From positions 1 through 32,000 of the forward strand of contig PRDJ01000068.1 of assembly GCA_003345555.1 (NCBI GenBank): a stretch of 32,000 nt of DNA. Reading direction: 5' to 3'. Every line of letters begins with the position of its first letter. Position 1 is the first letter of the stretch. The notes under the pieces are model-generated. The model made no database searches and was not told where the DNA came from. It saw nothing but the letters and a program-made list of their open reading frames with translations. A program made the translations under genes and the position numbers. Source of the stretch: Candidatus Thorarchaeota archaeon. GTDB lineage: Archaea > Asgardarchaeota > Thorarchaeia > Thorarchaeales > Thorarchaeaceae. Positions 1-8,211 of the stretch are shown here, one piece after another.

Positions 1-606
1 CGCATATGGAACGAATGCAACAAAGTTCTTGGTCTCGTTCAGAATCCTCTTTCCATACTTAATCTCGCCATGCAGAGTCTCGCACACAAGACAAGAATCA
101 TCGTTCTCCCACATCTTTCCGGACTGCTCGATTTCTCTCTCAATTCGTGGAGGCACAAACGGCAGAGCGTACACCTGAGCATGCGGGTGGTCCAAGCTGA
201 CGCCTATTGCCTTGCCTCTGTTCTCGAATTCCATTACGTATTCGATACCCTTCTGTCGGTCTAACTCGTTGAATACTCTGAGGTATTCTCTGAACACGGT
301 GCCTATCTGCTTGTCATCCATCCTCTCTATCTGTTTGTCATGGTCACGAGAAAGAACGATTATCTTGCAGATACCGTATGCTGGAGCTCCTATCACGACG
401 CCCTGCTGAAGACTTACAGGACCGGACTCTAGGCTCAACGCTGAGAACTTGTTGTCCAGAGTGAGCACATCCCATTGACCGGTTGTCTCACGTTTGCCGG
501 GGCAGAACGGACACTCCCTGTCCTTTTCCTGAAAGGGTCTTCCAGCTCTCTTGGGAGTGACTATAACCCATTCGCCAAGCATTGAGTTCCAGCGAAGTTC
601 GCTCAT
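1..606 (-). CDS. galT: Galactose-1-phosphate uridylyltransferase (GalT/HIT family), 3'-truncated by the window edge
   Basis: Absent from the ORF track because it has no stop in the window. Hand translation from ATG at 606: MSELRWNSMLGEWVIVTPKRAGRPFQEKDRECPFCPG...DNKFSAL...FENRGKAIGVSLDHPHAQ...VAFVPYA. It shows the CPFCPG Zn site, NKF, FENRG and the catalytic HPH motif. Confidence 0.92.
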   Translation of the reverse strand, partial: MSELRWNSMLGEWVIVTPKRAGRPFQEKDRECPFCPGKRETTGQWDVLTLDNKFSALSLESGPVSLQQGVVIGAPAYGICKIIVLSRDHDKQIERMDDKQIGTVFREYLRVFNELDRQKGIEYVMEFENRGKAIGVSLDHPHAQVYALPFVPPRIEREIEQSGKMWENDDSCLVCETLHGEIKYGKRILNETKNFVAFVPYA

Positions 607-680
607 GTGTGATTCCCTACTCGAAGAGTGAGAATGGCGTATTGATTAACGTGACGTAAATGCTGCTAGGCATCGGCTGC

Positions 681-690
681 TATATATAGA
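681..690. promoter_or_regulatory. TATA-box candidate in the divergent galT/GNAT intergenic region
   Basis: TATATATAGA lies about 35 nt upstream of the ATG at 724, consistent with a near-leaderless archaeal transcript. Confidence 0.5.
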
Positions 691-723
691 AAGGGCTCCC
701 GCGTCAGCCCGGGCGTCACTCCA

Positions 724-1488
724 ATGACCACGAGCGGGAAGATAATTGAGCTAGAGGAAATTTCGTCTAATGGATGGCCTGCTCGTGAGATTGTGCATAT
801 CGGGGGATGGAAGCTCAGAGCAAACGACGGAGTTACACGCAGAGCAAACAGCGTCTTGCCATTAGGTGATCCAAGAAGGAATCTTGACGAGGCAATTGAT
901 GCCGTTGAGCATTTCTACAGTGAACGGAGAATCGAACCGAGATTTCAGATAACTGAGGCCAGTGTCCCGCCGAAACTTGACTCAAGGCTGGTCGAACGGG
1001 GTTACGTCACGGATCTTACCGTGAGGGTTGAGACAATGGCTCTGCATAGGCTGGCTGCCATCAGAGCATCTCACAACGTTGAGATAAGGCCAGAGTTGAC
1101 ATCCGATTGGTTGTCGACCTATGCCCTAGCAGGGCAGTATGACGAGACGGCAATCAAGAGCCGAGGGGGCATACTTGAGCGAATCAACACGACACGAGCT
1201 TTCGCATTGGTCCGACTATCCGGGAACGTAGTGGGAGTGGGACTGGGAGTGGTAGAAAGGGAGTGGATGGGTCTATTCGCAGTTGAAACATTGACAACAC
1301 ACCGACGGCTAGGCATCGCCACTTCTGTCATCCGGTCTTTGGCAGCGTGGGGGAATGAGCATGGTGCAAGTGCTGCTTACTTGCAGGTCGAGGAAAACAA
1401 CGCGCCCGCCCTAGCTTTGTATAAGAAAGCCGGTTTCAAGAATCTGTACCAATACTGGAGTCGTACGGGGGCCAAGAAGTACCCATGA
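724..1488 (+). CDS. GNAT family N-acetyltransferase (tandem GNAT type)
   Basis: GWKLRANDGVTRRANSV N-terminus, acetyl-CoA motif A (VETLTTHRRLGIATSVI), and YLQVEENNAPALALYKKAGF. Confidence 0.9.
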   Translation: MTTSGKIIELEEISSNGWPAREIVHIGGWKLRANDGVTRRANSVLPLGDPRRNLDEAIDAVEHFYSERRIEPRFQITEASVPPKLDSRLVERGYVTDLTVRVETMALHRLAAIRASHNVEIRPELTSDWLSTYALAGQYDETAIKSRGGILERINTTRAFALVRLSGNVVGVGLGVVEREWMGLFAVETLTTHRRLGIATSVIRSLAAWGNEHGASAAYLQVEENNAPALALYKKAGFKNLYQYWSRTGAKKYP

Positions 1489-1605
1489 GACAGTTTTGAG
1501 AGGCCCCGATTCACGTTAGACACGTAGTCGGAAAAGGATGTTCGGGCCGGGACTCTTCATCTCGGCCCAGAAAGTGGAATGCATCAGCCCTGAGATGAAC
1601 AGAAC

Positions 1606-2379
1606 CTACCTGTTTATCAGAGCCTCGTATTCGGCCCTTATGCGCGCGGCAGCTTCCGATCCTCCGAAATCGGGCGGGGTGACCTTCACCATGCTGCCGT
1701 CCACAAGTGCCTCGAATACGACAACGCCCGGTGCTTCAATCTTGATACCCGGTTTGCCATCTCGAGTGATTCTCTCAGTGTAAACAATATCCGCATGCTT
1801 CACCGTAGATAGAAGGAGGAAGGCCAGCTTCTGTTCTGCGTTCCTGTCGAGTCTCTGTATTCCTGACTCTGGCTTGGAAGTCGTTGGGGTTGCTGCGGGT
1901 CTCGGAGACCATGGAGTTGACTTTGTCGGCTGAGGTCTTGGCGGCGAAGCCACTGTCTCAGCAGTCAACGTTGCTGGTGCCTCCGTCCTGCGAGGAAACG
2001 ATGTCACACTGGTCGGGATCTTGCTCTCATCGAAAGCTAGGATTTCATCCTCGAAGCTCCACCTCGATTTCAGAGCGTCTCTGAAGTTGGAGATGGCTGC
2101 TGCGATATCGGGGTCTGTGTCACTCTTCTCATTCATCTCGACAATACGAGACAACGCCATCCCGACAGTTGTATTCTTCACCTTGTGTCCGGATTTCTGT
2201 GCGCTCTTCCCCATTCGTATTGCGTGCATTCTGGTTGGCATGCCTACGTTGCGGCCTATCCAAACCCAGCACGTATCGTTATACTCGTCGAGCACTATGA
2301 CAGCATGTTCGCTCGTGACAAGATTGGGATCGAACTTGACTGCCTTGATCTCTCCCGAATCATCTAGTAGCATCAGCAT
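1606..2379 (-). CDS. Gelsolin-like domain protein with Pro/Thr-rich linker and unknown C-terminal domain
   Basis: VTSEHAVIVLDEYNDTCWVWIGRNV matches the gelsolin core (L-x-S-x-x-x-F/V-I-L-D...I-Y/W-V-W-x-G), followed by a long helix. It may start 33 nt further upstream at an ATT at 2412. Confidence 0.7.
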   Translation of the reverse strand: MLMLLDDSGEIKAVKFDPNLVTSEHAVIVLDEYNDTCWVWIGRNVGMPTRMHAIRMGKSAQKSGHKVKNTTVGMALSRIVEMNEKSDTDPDIAAAISNFRDALKSRWSFEDEILAFDESKIPTSVTSFPRRTEAPATLTAETVASPPRPQPTKSTPWSPRPAATPTTSKPESGIQRLDRNAEQKLAFLLLSTVKHADIVYTERITRDGKPGIKIEAPGVVVFEALVDGSMVKVTPPDFGGSEAAARIRAEYEALINR

Positions 2380-2527
2380 GAAGGGTTTTCGCGATAAGGT
2401 CTTTCTGGGAATCCCTGTTACCTCCTTGGGATTGGTCCATTCGTGTCGCCTGCCTTTCGGTTTCTTTTAACCGATTCTCGGACATACTCTCGCGATACCC
2501 CTGCACATGCAGACATACAGTCTTGAA

Positions 2528-2794
2528 TCAAGATGCAAGACTGGATGACGTTAGGTCAAGTTCAGGGTCAATGACCAGCAACGATTGCGTCTCGAACAGC
2601 CCTTTGATTCTTCTGATACGCCCGGTTACTATTTCCACAACTGACTCGATGTCTCTGCCACGGACCTCGACCACAATATCATACGGGCCGAACACCTTGT
2701 GCGCCTCTTCAACGACCGAGAGGGCAAGGATATTCCTCAAGACTTCGTCTTCTGACCCACTTGCGGTTTTGATTAGAACGTAGGCCTTCACCAT
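2528..2794 (-). CDS. Stand-alone Lrp/AsnC ligand-binding (RAM) domain protein
   Basis: KAYVLIKT...VEEAHKVFGPYDIVVEV...IRRIKGLFETQSL is typical of the AsnC effector domain; no HTH is present. Confidence 0.88.
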   Translation of the reverse strand: MVKAYVLIKTASGSEDEVLRNILALSVVEEAHKVFGPYDIVVEVRGRDIESVVEIVTGRIRRIKGLFETQSLLVIDPELDLTSSSLAS

Positions 2795-3052
2795 CTTGGC
2801 GTACCACCAAAGTTGAGCAGATGCGGTGAGACTCTGTAGATAACTCTTGCTGCTTTTGGGCTAAGATGATGCTTTTGGATAACGCCGTTCGGCGAGTGTC
2901 TGTCATGAAATTCATCGGCGCAACGTCGTCTCTCGCATCTTGGGTTCAGACTCTCAACGCTGTAGAACTAAAACGAGCTAATGGGTCTGATTCTATCATG
3001 ATGCCGACTCGGGGCTGGGAACTCTGAGTCCCAACAGCTCTAGGCCTGGGCC

Positions 3053-3060
3053 AAAAAGAA
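3053..3060 (-). terminator. Oligo-T archaeal terminator candidate
   Basis: TTCTTTTT on the minus strand, about 15 nt after the TAG of the 3076-3207 small ORF. Confidence 0.4.
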
Positions 3061-3075
3061 GGTCTCACAAGCGCC

Positions 3076-3207
3076 CTACTTAATTACTAGTCTGGGGCAC
3101 TTGTCGCGCTTGGCAACATATTCACAGGGCGTGTTCATACCCTGATAGAACTTGAAGCCATCTACCTTGCACTTATTGTCTGCTTTGACATACTCAGGAC
3201 ATGTCAT
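3076..3207 (-). CDS. Small Cys-rich protein, 43 aa, putative metal-binding
   Basis: Hand translation: MTCPEYVKADNKCKVDGFKFYQGMNTPCEYVAKRDKCPRLVIK*. A GGAG SD-like sequence lies 9 nt upstream, an AT-rich TATA-like element lies at about 3295-3310, and a T-tract follows the stop. Below the ORF-track length cutoff. Confidence 0.65.
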   Translation of the reverse strand: MTCPEYVKADNKCKVDGFKFYQGMNTPCEYVAKRDKCPRLVIK

Positions 3208-3439
3208 CGGTCGATTCTCCGGCTCTTGTATCAGCCAAGTCCCACTGCCCGTTCAGGGAGCGGGGCTCGGGCCTAGACGACTCTTCCCTGACCGTACATA
3301 TTAACATATTTTGTCGGTTACCACTCGCTCGTCAAGCTAGAGAAACTATACACCTGTGATATGGAGCATTGTGCAACGGAGTCACCATTGACCACGAACG
3401 CGAGGAGTATACAACAGCCGATTCTCCGCGAGCAGGAGC

Positions 3440-4384
3440 TTACGCGATGCCGCACTTTTTCTTAAGCCGTTCCCAGTCAGCAGTAACCTGCTCCTGAACT
3501 TGCTTTCTGAAATCTTCCCATTGAGGACTGAAGAGGTGTTTGAACTGTCCCTGCAACTTCATGTACTCGTCCACAGGCTTCAGTTCGGTGAGATTCTTGC
3601 TAGGGGCTGACATGATGTATTCGTCGCCGTTTATTATTTCATACAGCGGGTGTATGCCGGTCTCGACAGCAAGCTTTGCGAGTTCCATGCTCTTGGACGA
3701 CTCTGATCTCCATCCTCTGGGGCATGGCGAGAACGCATGAATGAATGCTGGTCCTTCGACCTCCAGTGCCTTCCGAAACTTGGTGATGAAGTCCCGATAA
3801 TGGAACGGATCAACAGTAGCAACGTAAGGTATCCTATGAGCGGCCACGATCTCGGCTATCGGTTTCTTGCGTTCTCTCTTACCGGGTTCTGCTTTTCCCG
3901 CCCATGAGGTTGTAGTCTCCTGCCCCGGAAGTGTCGCGCCTGATCTCTGGATACCAGTGTTCTGGTATGCTCCGTTATCGTACACCATGTACACGAAGTC
4001 GTGTCCTCGTTCAAGGGCGCCACTGAGCGAGCCAAAGCCTATGTCGAACGTGCCACCATCTCCGCCGATGGCGATTACGTCAACGTGTTCGTGCTTGTAC
4101 CGGCCTTTCTCCTTCATAGCGTTGATGCCCTCAACGATGCCCGATGCAACGGCTGCAACATTTTCGAAGGCAACGTGTATCCATGGAATCCTCCACGCAG
4201 TCTGAGGATAGATTGTAGTTGCCACTTCCAAACACCCGGTTGCGTTGCATATGATTGTCGGACCTCTCAATGCGAATCCCATAATCTTGATTATGGGCGG
4301 AGCCGCGCAGCCAGCACACATTCGGTGACCAGAGCTCATAATCTGCGGTGACTGAATCATATCCTTGAGTTTGACTGACATCAC
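3440..4384 (-). CDS. porB: Pyruvate/2-oxoacid:ferredoxin oxidoreductase beta subunit (TPP-binding)
   Basis: GHRMCAGC, NATGCLEV, GGDGGTFDIG...DNGAYQNTG TPP motif, and SPCPRGW. ATGA overlap with porA. Confidence 0.95.
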   Translation of the reverse strand: MMSVKLKDMIQSPQIMSSGHRMCAGCAAPPIIKIMGFALRGPTIICNATGCLEVATTIYPQTAWRIPWIHVAFENVAAVASGIVEGINAMKEKGRYKHEHVDVIAIGGDGGTFDIGFGSLSGALERGHDFVYMVYDNGAYQNTGIQRSGATLPGQETTTSWAGKAEPGKRERKKPIAEIVAAHRIPYVATVDPFHYRDFITKFRKALEVEGPAFIHAFSPCPRGWRSESSKSMELAKLAVETGIHPLYEIINGDEYIMSAPSKNLTELKPVDEYMKLQGQFKHLFSPQWEDFRKQVQEQVTADWERLKKKCGIA

Positions 4385-5595
4385 TTGCGCACCCCCAATG
4401 TCTCGTAGAAGGGAGCCTTGCCTTTCTCCAAATACTGCTTGGTCTTGTTGTACCCCTCAACGATCACGGTAGGAGGGACATCACGTCCTCCCAGTCCAAT
4501 CACGAAGTCTGTTACTAAGGGTCTCTTTGGTTGTTCGTATAATGCTGTCCGTACTTCCAGAGCCAGAGGATTAGCGGCTGCTCCGAACGAGAGACACTTC
4601 TCAAAGACTGCGACGGCCTTAGCAGAAGCAAGTTCCTTGCCAATCTCCGCAGCCGGAAAAGGTCTGAACAGCTTCAGCCTGAGCAGGCCAACCCTCTCCC
4701 CGCGGTCACGAAGCGCATCAACAACGGCCTTTGCTGTTCCTGCCGGACTGCTATGGGTCAGTAAGACTATATCGGCGTCTTTTGTTCTGTAAGTTTCGTA
4801 GATACCATAAGACCGACCGCTTATCTTTTCAAACTCAGACTCAACTTCCTTGTAGACCCTGAAGACTTCCTTCATGGCTCTGTCTTGTTGTTCCTTGACT
4901 TCAAAGTAATAGTCTGTAAAGCATATCGGTCCTATGGTGATGGGCTTGTCAGGATCAAGGACCTGCGCCGGGTCTCTGATGCCAATAAAATCCCGCACAA
5001 CTTCGTCTGGCAGTAGCTCCACGTGTTCGACATTATGGCTGAGAATGAAACCATCGATGCAAACCATGGCAGGCAGCAGTACGCTGTGGTTTTCAGCAAT
5101 CTTGAAAGACATTATGGTGGTATCATATGCTTCTTGGCAACTCTGACAATACATCTGAATGAAGCCACTATCACGAGCGCCGTAGGAATCGCTCCAGTCA
5201 TTATGGATGTTGATAGGAGCTGAGAGTGCACGATTGGCCACAGCCAAGACTATCGGCAGTCGTAGGCCGCTAGCACAATAGAGAACTTCCCACATTAACG
5301 CGAGTCCTGCTGACGCCGAGGTCGTAGCGACTCGGGCTCCGGCCGCAGATGCTCCGATACAAGCAGACATCGCGCTGTGTTCGGACTCCACGGGTATGAC
5401 CTTTGTCTTCACTTCACCGTCGGCGAAAAAGCGCTGGTAATCCTCAACGATAATCGTCTGAGGTGTGATCGGATATGCTGACAGGACATCGATATCACAC
5501 TGCTTCAGAGCACGCGCTATCGCGGCGTCGCCTGTGAGTCCCTCAATATTGCTGCTGCTCTCCGTAGTCTTTGAGCTTTTCGTCGCTGCTGTCAT
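4381..5595 (-). CDS. porA: Pyruvate/2-oxoacid:ferredoxin oxidoreductase alpha subunit
   Basis: AYPITPQT, VESEHSAMS, and ANRALSAPINIHNDWSD. Start reassigned to the ATG at 5595, just after the porD stop, rather than 5673. Confidence 0.95.
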   Translation of the reverse strand: MTAATKSSKTTESSSNIEGLTGDAAIARALKQCDIDVLSAYPITPQTIIVEDYQRFFADGEVKTKVIPVESEHSAMSACIGASAAGARVATTSASAGLALMWEVLYCASGLRLPIVLAVANRALSAPINIHNDWSDSYGARDSGFIQMYCQSCQEAYDTTIMSFKIAENHSVLLPAMVCIDGFILSHNVEHVELLPDEVVRDFIGIRDPAQVLDPDKPITIGPICFTDYYFEVKEQQDRAMKEVFRVYKEVESEFEKISGRSYGIYETYRTKDADIVLLTHSSPAGTAKAVVDALRDRGERVGLLRLKLFRPFPAAEIGKELASAKAVAVFEKCLSFGAAANPLALEVRTALYEQPKRPLVTDFVIGLGGRDVPPTVIVEGYNKTKQYLEKGKAPFYETLGVRK

Positions 5596-5599
5596 TTCA

Positions 5600-5896
5600 T
5601 CACTCACTCTCCATTTCGATGCAGGAATTGGGACATTCATTTGCGCAGATTCCACAGCCCTTACAATAGTCATAGTCGAAGGCGTACGTGCGTTTCCCGT
5701 CCTTCTCCGCGATTTTCACAGCGTTATCTGGGCAGAAAATCCAACACAATAGACATGTGCCGTTCTTAAGCCACAGGCAATCGTCCGGCGTGTGCTTTGG
5801 GCGCTCCGCCCGCCATCCACCGGTCTTGTACTGCATCGCACTGCCCGGCTCAAGTATGTTGCCGCCCATTGGAATCTCGTTGAACTTCTTGCTCAT
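5600..5896 (-). CDS. porD: 2-oxoacid:ferredoxin oxidoreductase delta subunit (2x[4Fe-4S])
   Basis: YKTGGWRAERP, CLLCWIFCPD, and DYDYCKGCGICANECP. Confidence 0.95.
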   Translation of the reverse strand: MSKKFNEIPMGGNILEPGSAMQYKTGGWRAERPKHTPDDCLWLKNGTCLLCWIFCPDNAVKIAEKDGKRTYAFDYDYCKGCGICANECPNSCIEMESE

Positions 5897-6468
5897 CCGA
5901 CCTTCGCCTCCGAAGCTGCTCTCTCCATTGCTGTCTTATTCAGTTCACCTACCTTGCCGGGGTACCGGCTAACCACTTCATTGATGACTGTTTCAAACTT
6001 GACCGCGCCAGTGGTCTTTACCGCTGCAGCAAGTGTCGGCATATTATAGAAAGGCCGGCCAAGGATCTGCATGGCAATTGCTTTGGCATCAACGGTGACG
6101 ACTTTTCCCGTCTTTAGACCGAGCTTCTTTCTCGTCTCCTCCGGTGTCATTTGAGTGTTCAACACAAGCGTGCCGTCTTTCTTGAGTCCCTCGCTTACGT
6201 CCATAACGTCAATGAGCGTTGGGTCAATACAGATAACGATGTTCGGCTGGTATATCTGAGCATAAAGCTGGATAGGGCTCTTGCTGATCCTTAGGAAAGC
6301 CTTGACAGGAGCTCCAGTGCGTTCGGGTCCGAACTCAGGGAAGGCCTGAATGTAGTTGCCCTCTGAGAGAGCTGCCTTTCCCATCATCTGATTACTCGTG
6401 ACGACGCCTTGGCCGCCACGTCCATGCCATCTCACTTCAATGATTCCTTTTGAGAAGTCAAGGGCCAT
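5893..6468 (-). CDS. porG: 2-oxoacid:ferredoxin oxidoreductase gamma subunit
   Basis: EVRWHGRGGQGVVT and FPEFGPERTGAPV. First gene of the G-D-A-B operon. Confidence 0.95.
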   Translation of the reverse strand: MALDFSKGIIEVRWHGRGGQGVVTSNQMMGKAALSEGNYIQAFPEFGPERTGAPVKAFLRISKSPIQLYAQIYQPNIVICIDPTLIDVMDVSEGLKKDGTLVLNTQMTPEETRKKLGLKTGKVVTVDAKAIAMQILGRPFYNMPTLAAAVKTTGAVKFETVINEVVSRYPGKVGELNKTAMERAASEAKVG

Positions 6469-6617
6469 AGTAAATCATCACTACCTACGTGGGACAAGTG
6501 ACTTGCCCGGCTCCCCTAGGGATGCTTATGTATCTTCTTATTCACCCACACAACGAGCGATGCTTTTTTACCAAGTAGAAAACTAGCGCCGGTTCCAGTC
6601 ATTTCACTCACGTCAGA

Positions 6618-6989
6618 TCATGATGGCGGCATAACAACGATCTGGACACTTGTCAACGTCTTGCCCTCCTTATCGCTCGCATCAAAAGTGTCAAACGCCA
6701 TCTCGTACCTGAAACGTTGTTCGCGCACCTTGAGCTCGTGTGCGACCCGAACGGCAAGCCCAATACCTTTGAACCCATATCCCCTAATCGCGACAATCCT
6801 CTTGTCGTTCCTTACGAGACCTTGGATTGTAGAAGCTATCTTCAGCACGTTGATCTTCTCAGCCGTAGGTGAAATCTCCAAAAGAACGTACTCGCTTGTG
6901 GGAAAGACTCCAACATCTTCGTCAAGAGCGATGCCAATAATCGAGTCCCCAAGTCTCAACTGTTTAGGTATTCTCTCTTGGAGGGACAT
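6618..6989 (-). CDS. Divergent Alba-fold protein (Alba/Rpp20/Rpp25-like)
   Basis: IVAIRGYGFKGIGLAVRVAHELK...YEMAFDTFD...EGKTLTSVQIVV parallels the Alba pattern VIIKARGRAISRAVDVAE...IKIGTE...GR..NVSTIEIVL. Start taken at the ATG at 6989; TTG at 7001 is an alternative. Confidence 0.55.
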   Translation of the reverse strand: MSLQERIPKQLRLGDSIIGIALDEDVGVFPTSEYVLLEISPTAEKINVLKIASTIQGLVRNDKRIVAIRGYGFKGIGLAVRVAHELKVREQRFRYEMAFDTFDASDKEGKTLTSVQIVVMPPS

Positions 6990-7132
6990 AATTGGAAGCA
7001 TTCCCGTTGGGGTCTAAAGTACTTGCCGTTTGTTGCCATTCAAATGCCATGCTTAATAGGCTGTCACGCAATCACCAGAGCTCGAGCGGCCCGAATTGCG
7101 GAAAGAGATCTGTGAACGGAAGGAGTAGCGCA

Positions 7133-8116
7133 ATGGAGTCTAAGAAACCGGTGGCCATTATCCTTGCAATCTTTGTAGTTACTTCTGTGGCAGCCGTTGC
7201 AATCTTCTACCCCAGACCGGCAGGTGCAAGTATTAGGATAGGATACCTTAGTCAGGATCTACATCAGCTGGCTCTAAGAGTCGCCTACGAAAAGGGATGG
7301 TTCGAGGAAGAGGGTGTCAACATCACGCTCATGCAGTACCAAAACGGTGCGTATGAGATGGATGGGTTTCTCGCTGGACAAATCGACGTGGGCTATCTGG
7401 GAATAGCACCTGCTCTCACCAAGAGCGTAAACCAACACATCAACATCACTGTGCTAGCGACCGCGAACCTTGAGGGATCATCGATTATGGTGTTCAAAGA
7501 GGAGTACGATGCTGGGCGAATCATCAACATAACTGGTCTCGTCAATAGAACGATTCTCCATCCCGGTCCTTCAAGTGTTCAGGCATTTCTGCTCAGATTA
7601 GCATTGAATCAGTCTGGAATTTCCATGTCACAGGTTTCTCTCGAGCAATCGCTTCCTCAGAACATGGCCATATCACTGACTGCTGACAGACCTGCATTCA
7701 TCGCTTGGGAGCCGTTCTGTGCTTTAGCCCAGTACAACAATCAAGCTGTTCCCATCCTGTCTTCGCATGATATATGGCCGGGGCATCCATGTTGTGTGCT
7801 TGCAACATCAAACGATTTTCTCAGGACTAGTCCTGACATTGTGCAGAAGATTGTGGATATTCATAAGCGAGCCGAGCAGTGGATTCTGGCAAATCCGATA
7901 GACGCAATGAGCATCGCGGTCAAATGGCTGCTGGTCGACACGATGCCCGTAGAGACTGCGTTAAATCGAATCACTTACGACTACGGTCTTAATCGGACTG
8001 CCTTCGAGAAGTATCTGACTTTCTTGATTACTGAGGGCCTCGTCACGATGGACCTTAGTGGTATCAATTCGTTTCTAGATCGCTTCGTAAACAGTACCTT
8101 CATTGAACATGTATAG
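7133..8116 (+). CDS. ABC transporter substrate-binding protein, NitT/TauT (NrtA/CmpA/SsuA-like)
   Basis: N-terminal membrane anchor after MESKK, IRIGYL, DVGYLGIAP, AFIAWEPF, and WPGHPCCV. AAGGAG SD 7 nt before the ATG at 7133. Confidence 0.9.
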   Translation: MESKKPVAIILAIFVVTSVAAVAIFYPRPAGASIRIGYLSQDLHQLALRVAYEKGWFEEEGVNITLMQYQNGAYEMDGFLAGQIDVGYLGIAPALTKSVNQHINITVLATANLEGSSIMVFKEEYDAGRIINITGLVNRTILHPGPSSVQAFLLRLALNQSGISMSQVSLEQSLPQNMAISLTADRPAFIAWEPFCALAQYNNQAVPILSSHDIWPGHPCCVLATSNDFLRTSPDIVQKIVDIHKRAEQWILANPIDAMSIAVKWLLVDTMPVETALNRITYDYGLNRTAFEKYLTFLITEGLVTMDLSGINSFLDRFVNSTFIEHV

Positions 8117-8211
8117 GTTAATGTGGCAGAGGTTGAAGGCGGTTGATACAAGCAGCTTGAACGGACTGACCATGCTTCGATTTCTGGACACGATAGGGAT
8201 GGCGAGGAAAC

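Noticed and set aside
2360-2485. 41-aa ORF (MSENRLKE...) overlapping the gelsolin-like gene start on the minus strand
   Set aside because: It has no recognisable motif, and the SD inside it is better explained by the gelsolin frame. No frameshift evidence.
2709-2915. 68-aa minus-strand ORF overlapping the Lrp/AsnC gene
   Set aside because: It overlaps a clear gene in another frame and has no motif, so it is likely spurious.
6992-7132. N-terminal extensions in the ORF track (also 5596-5673, 21486-21572, 21512-21643, 28925-29035)
   Set aside because: They are non-homologous-looking extensions that overlap neighbouring genes or promoters; downstream starts fit the SD or domain boundaries better.
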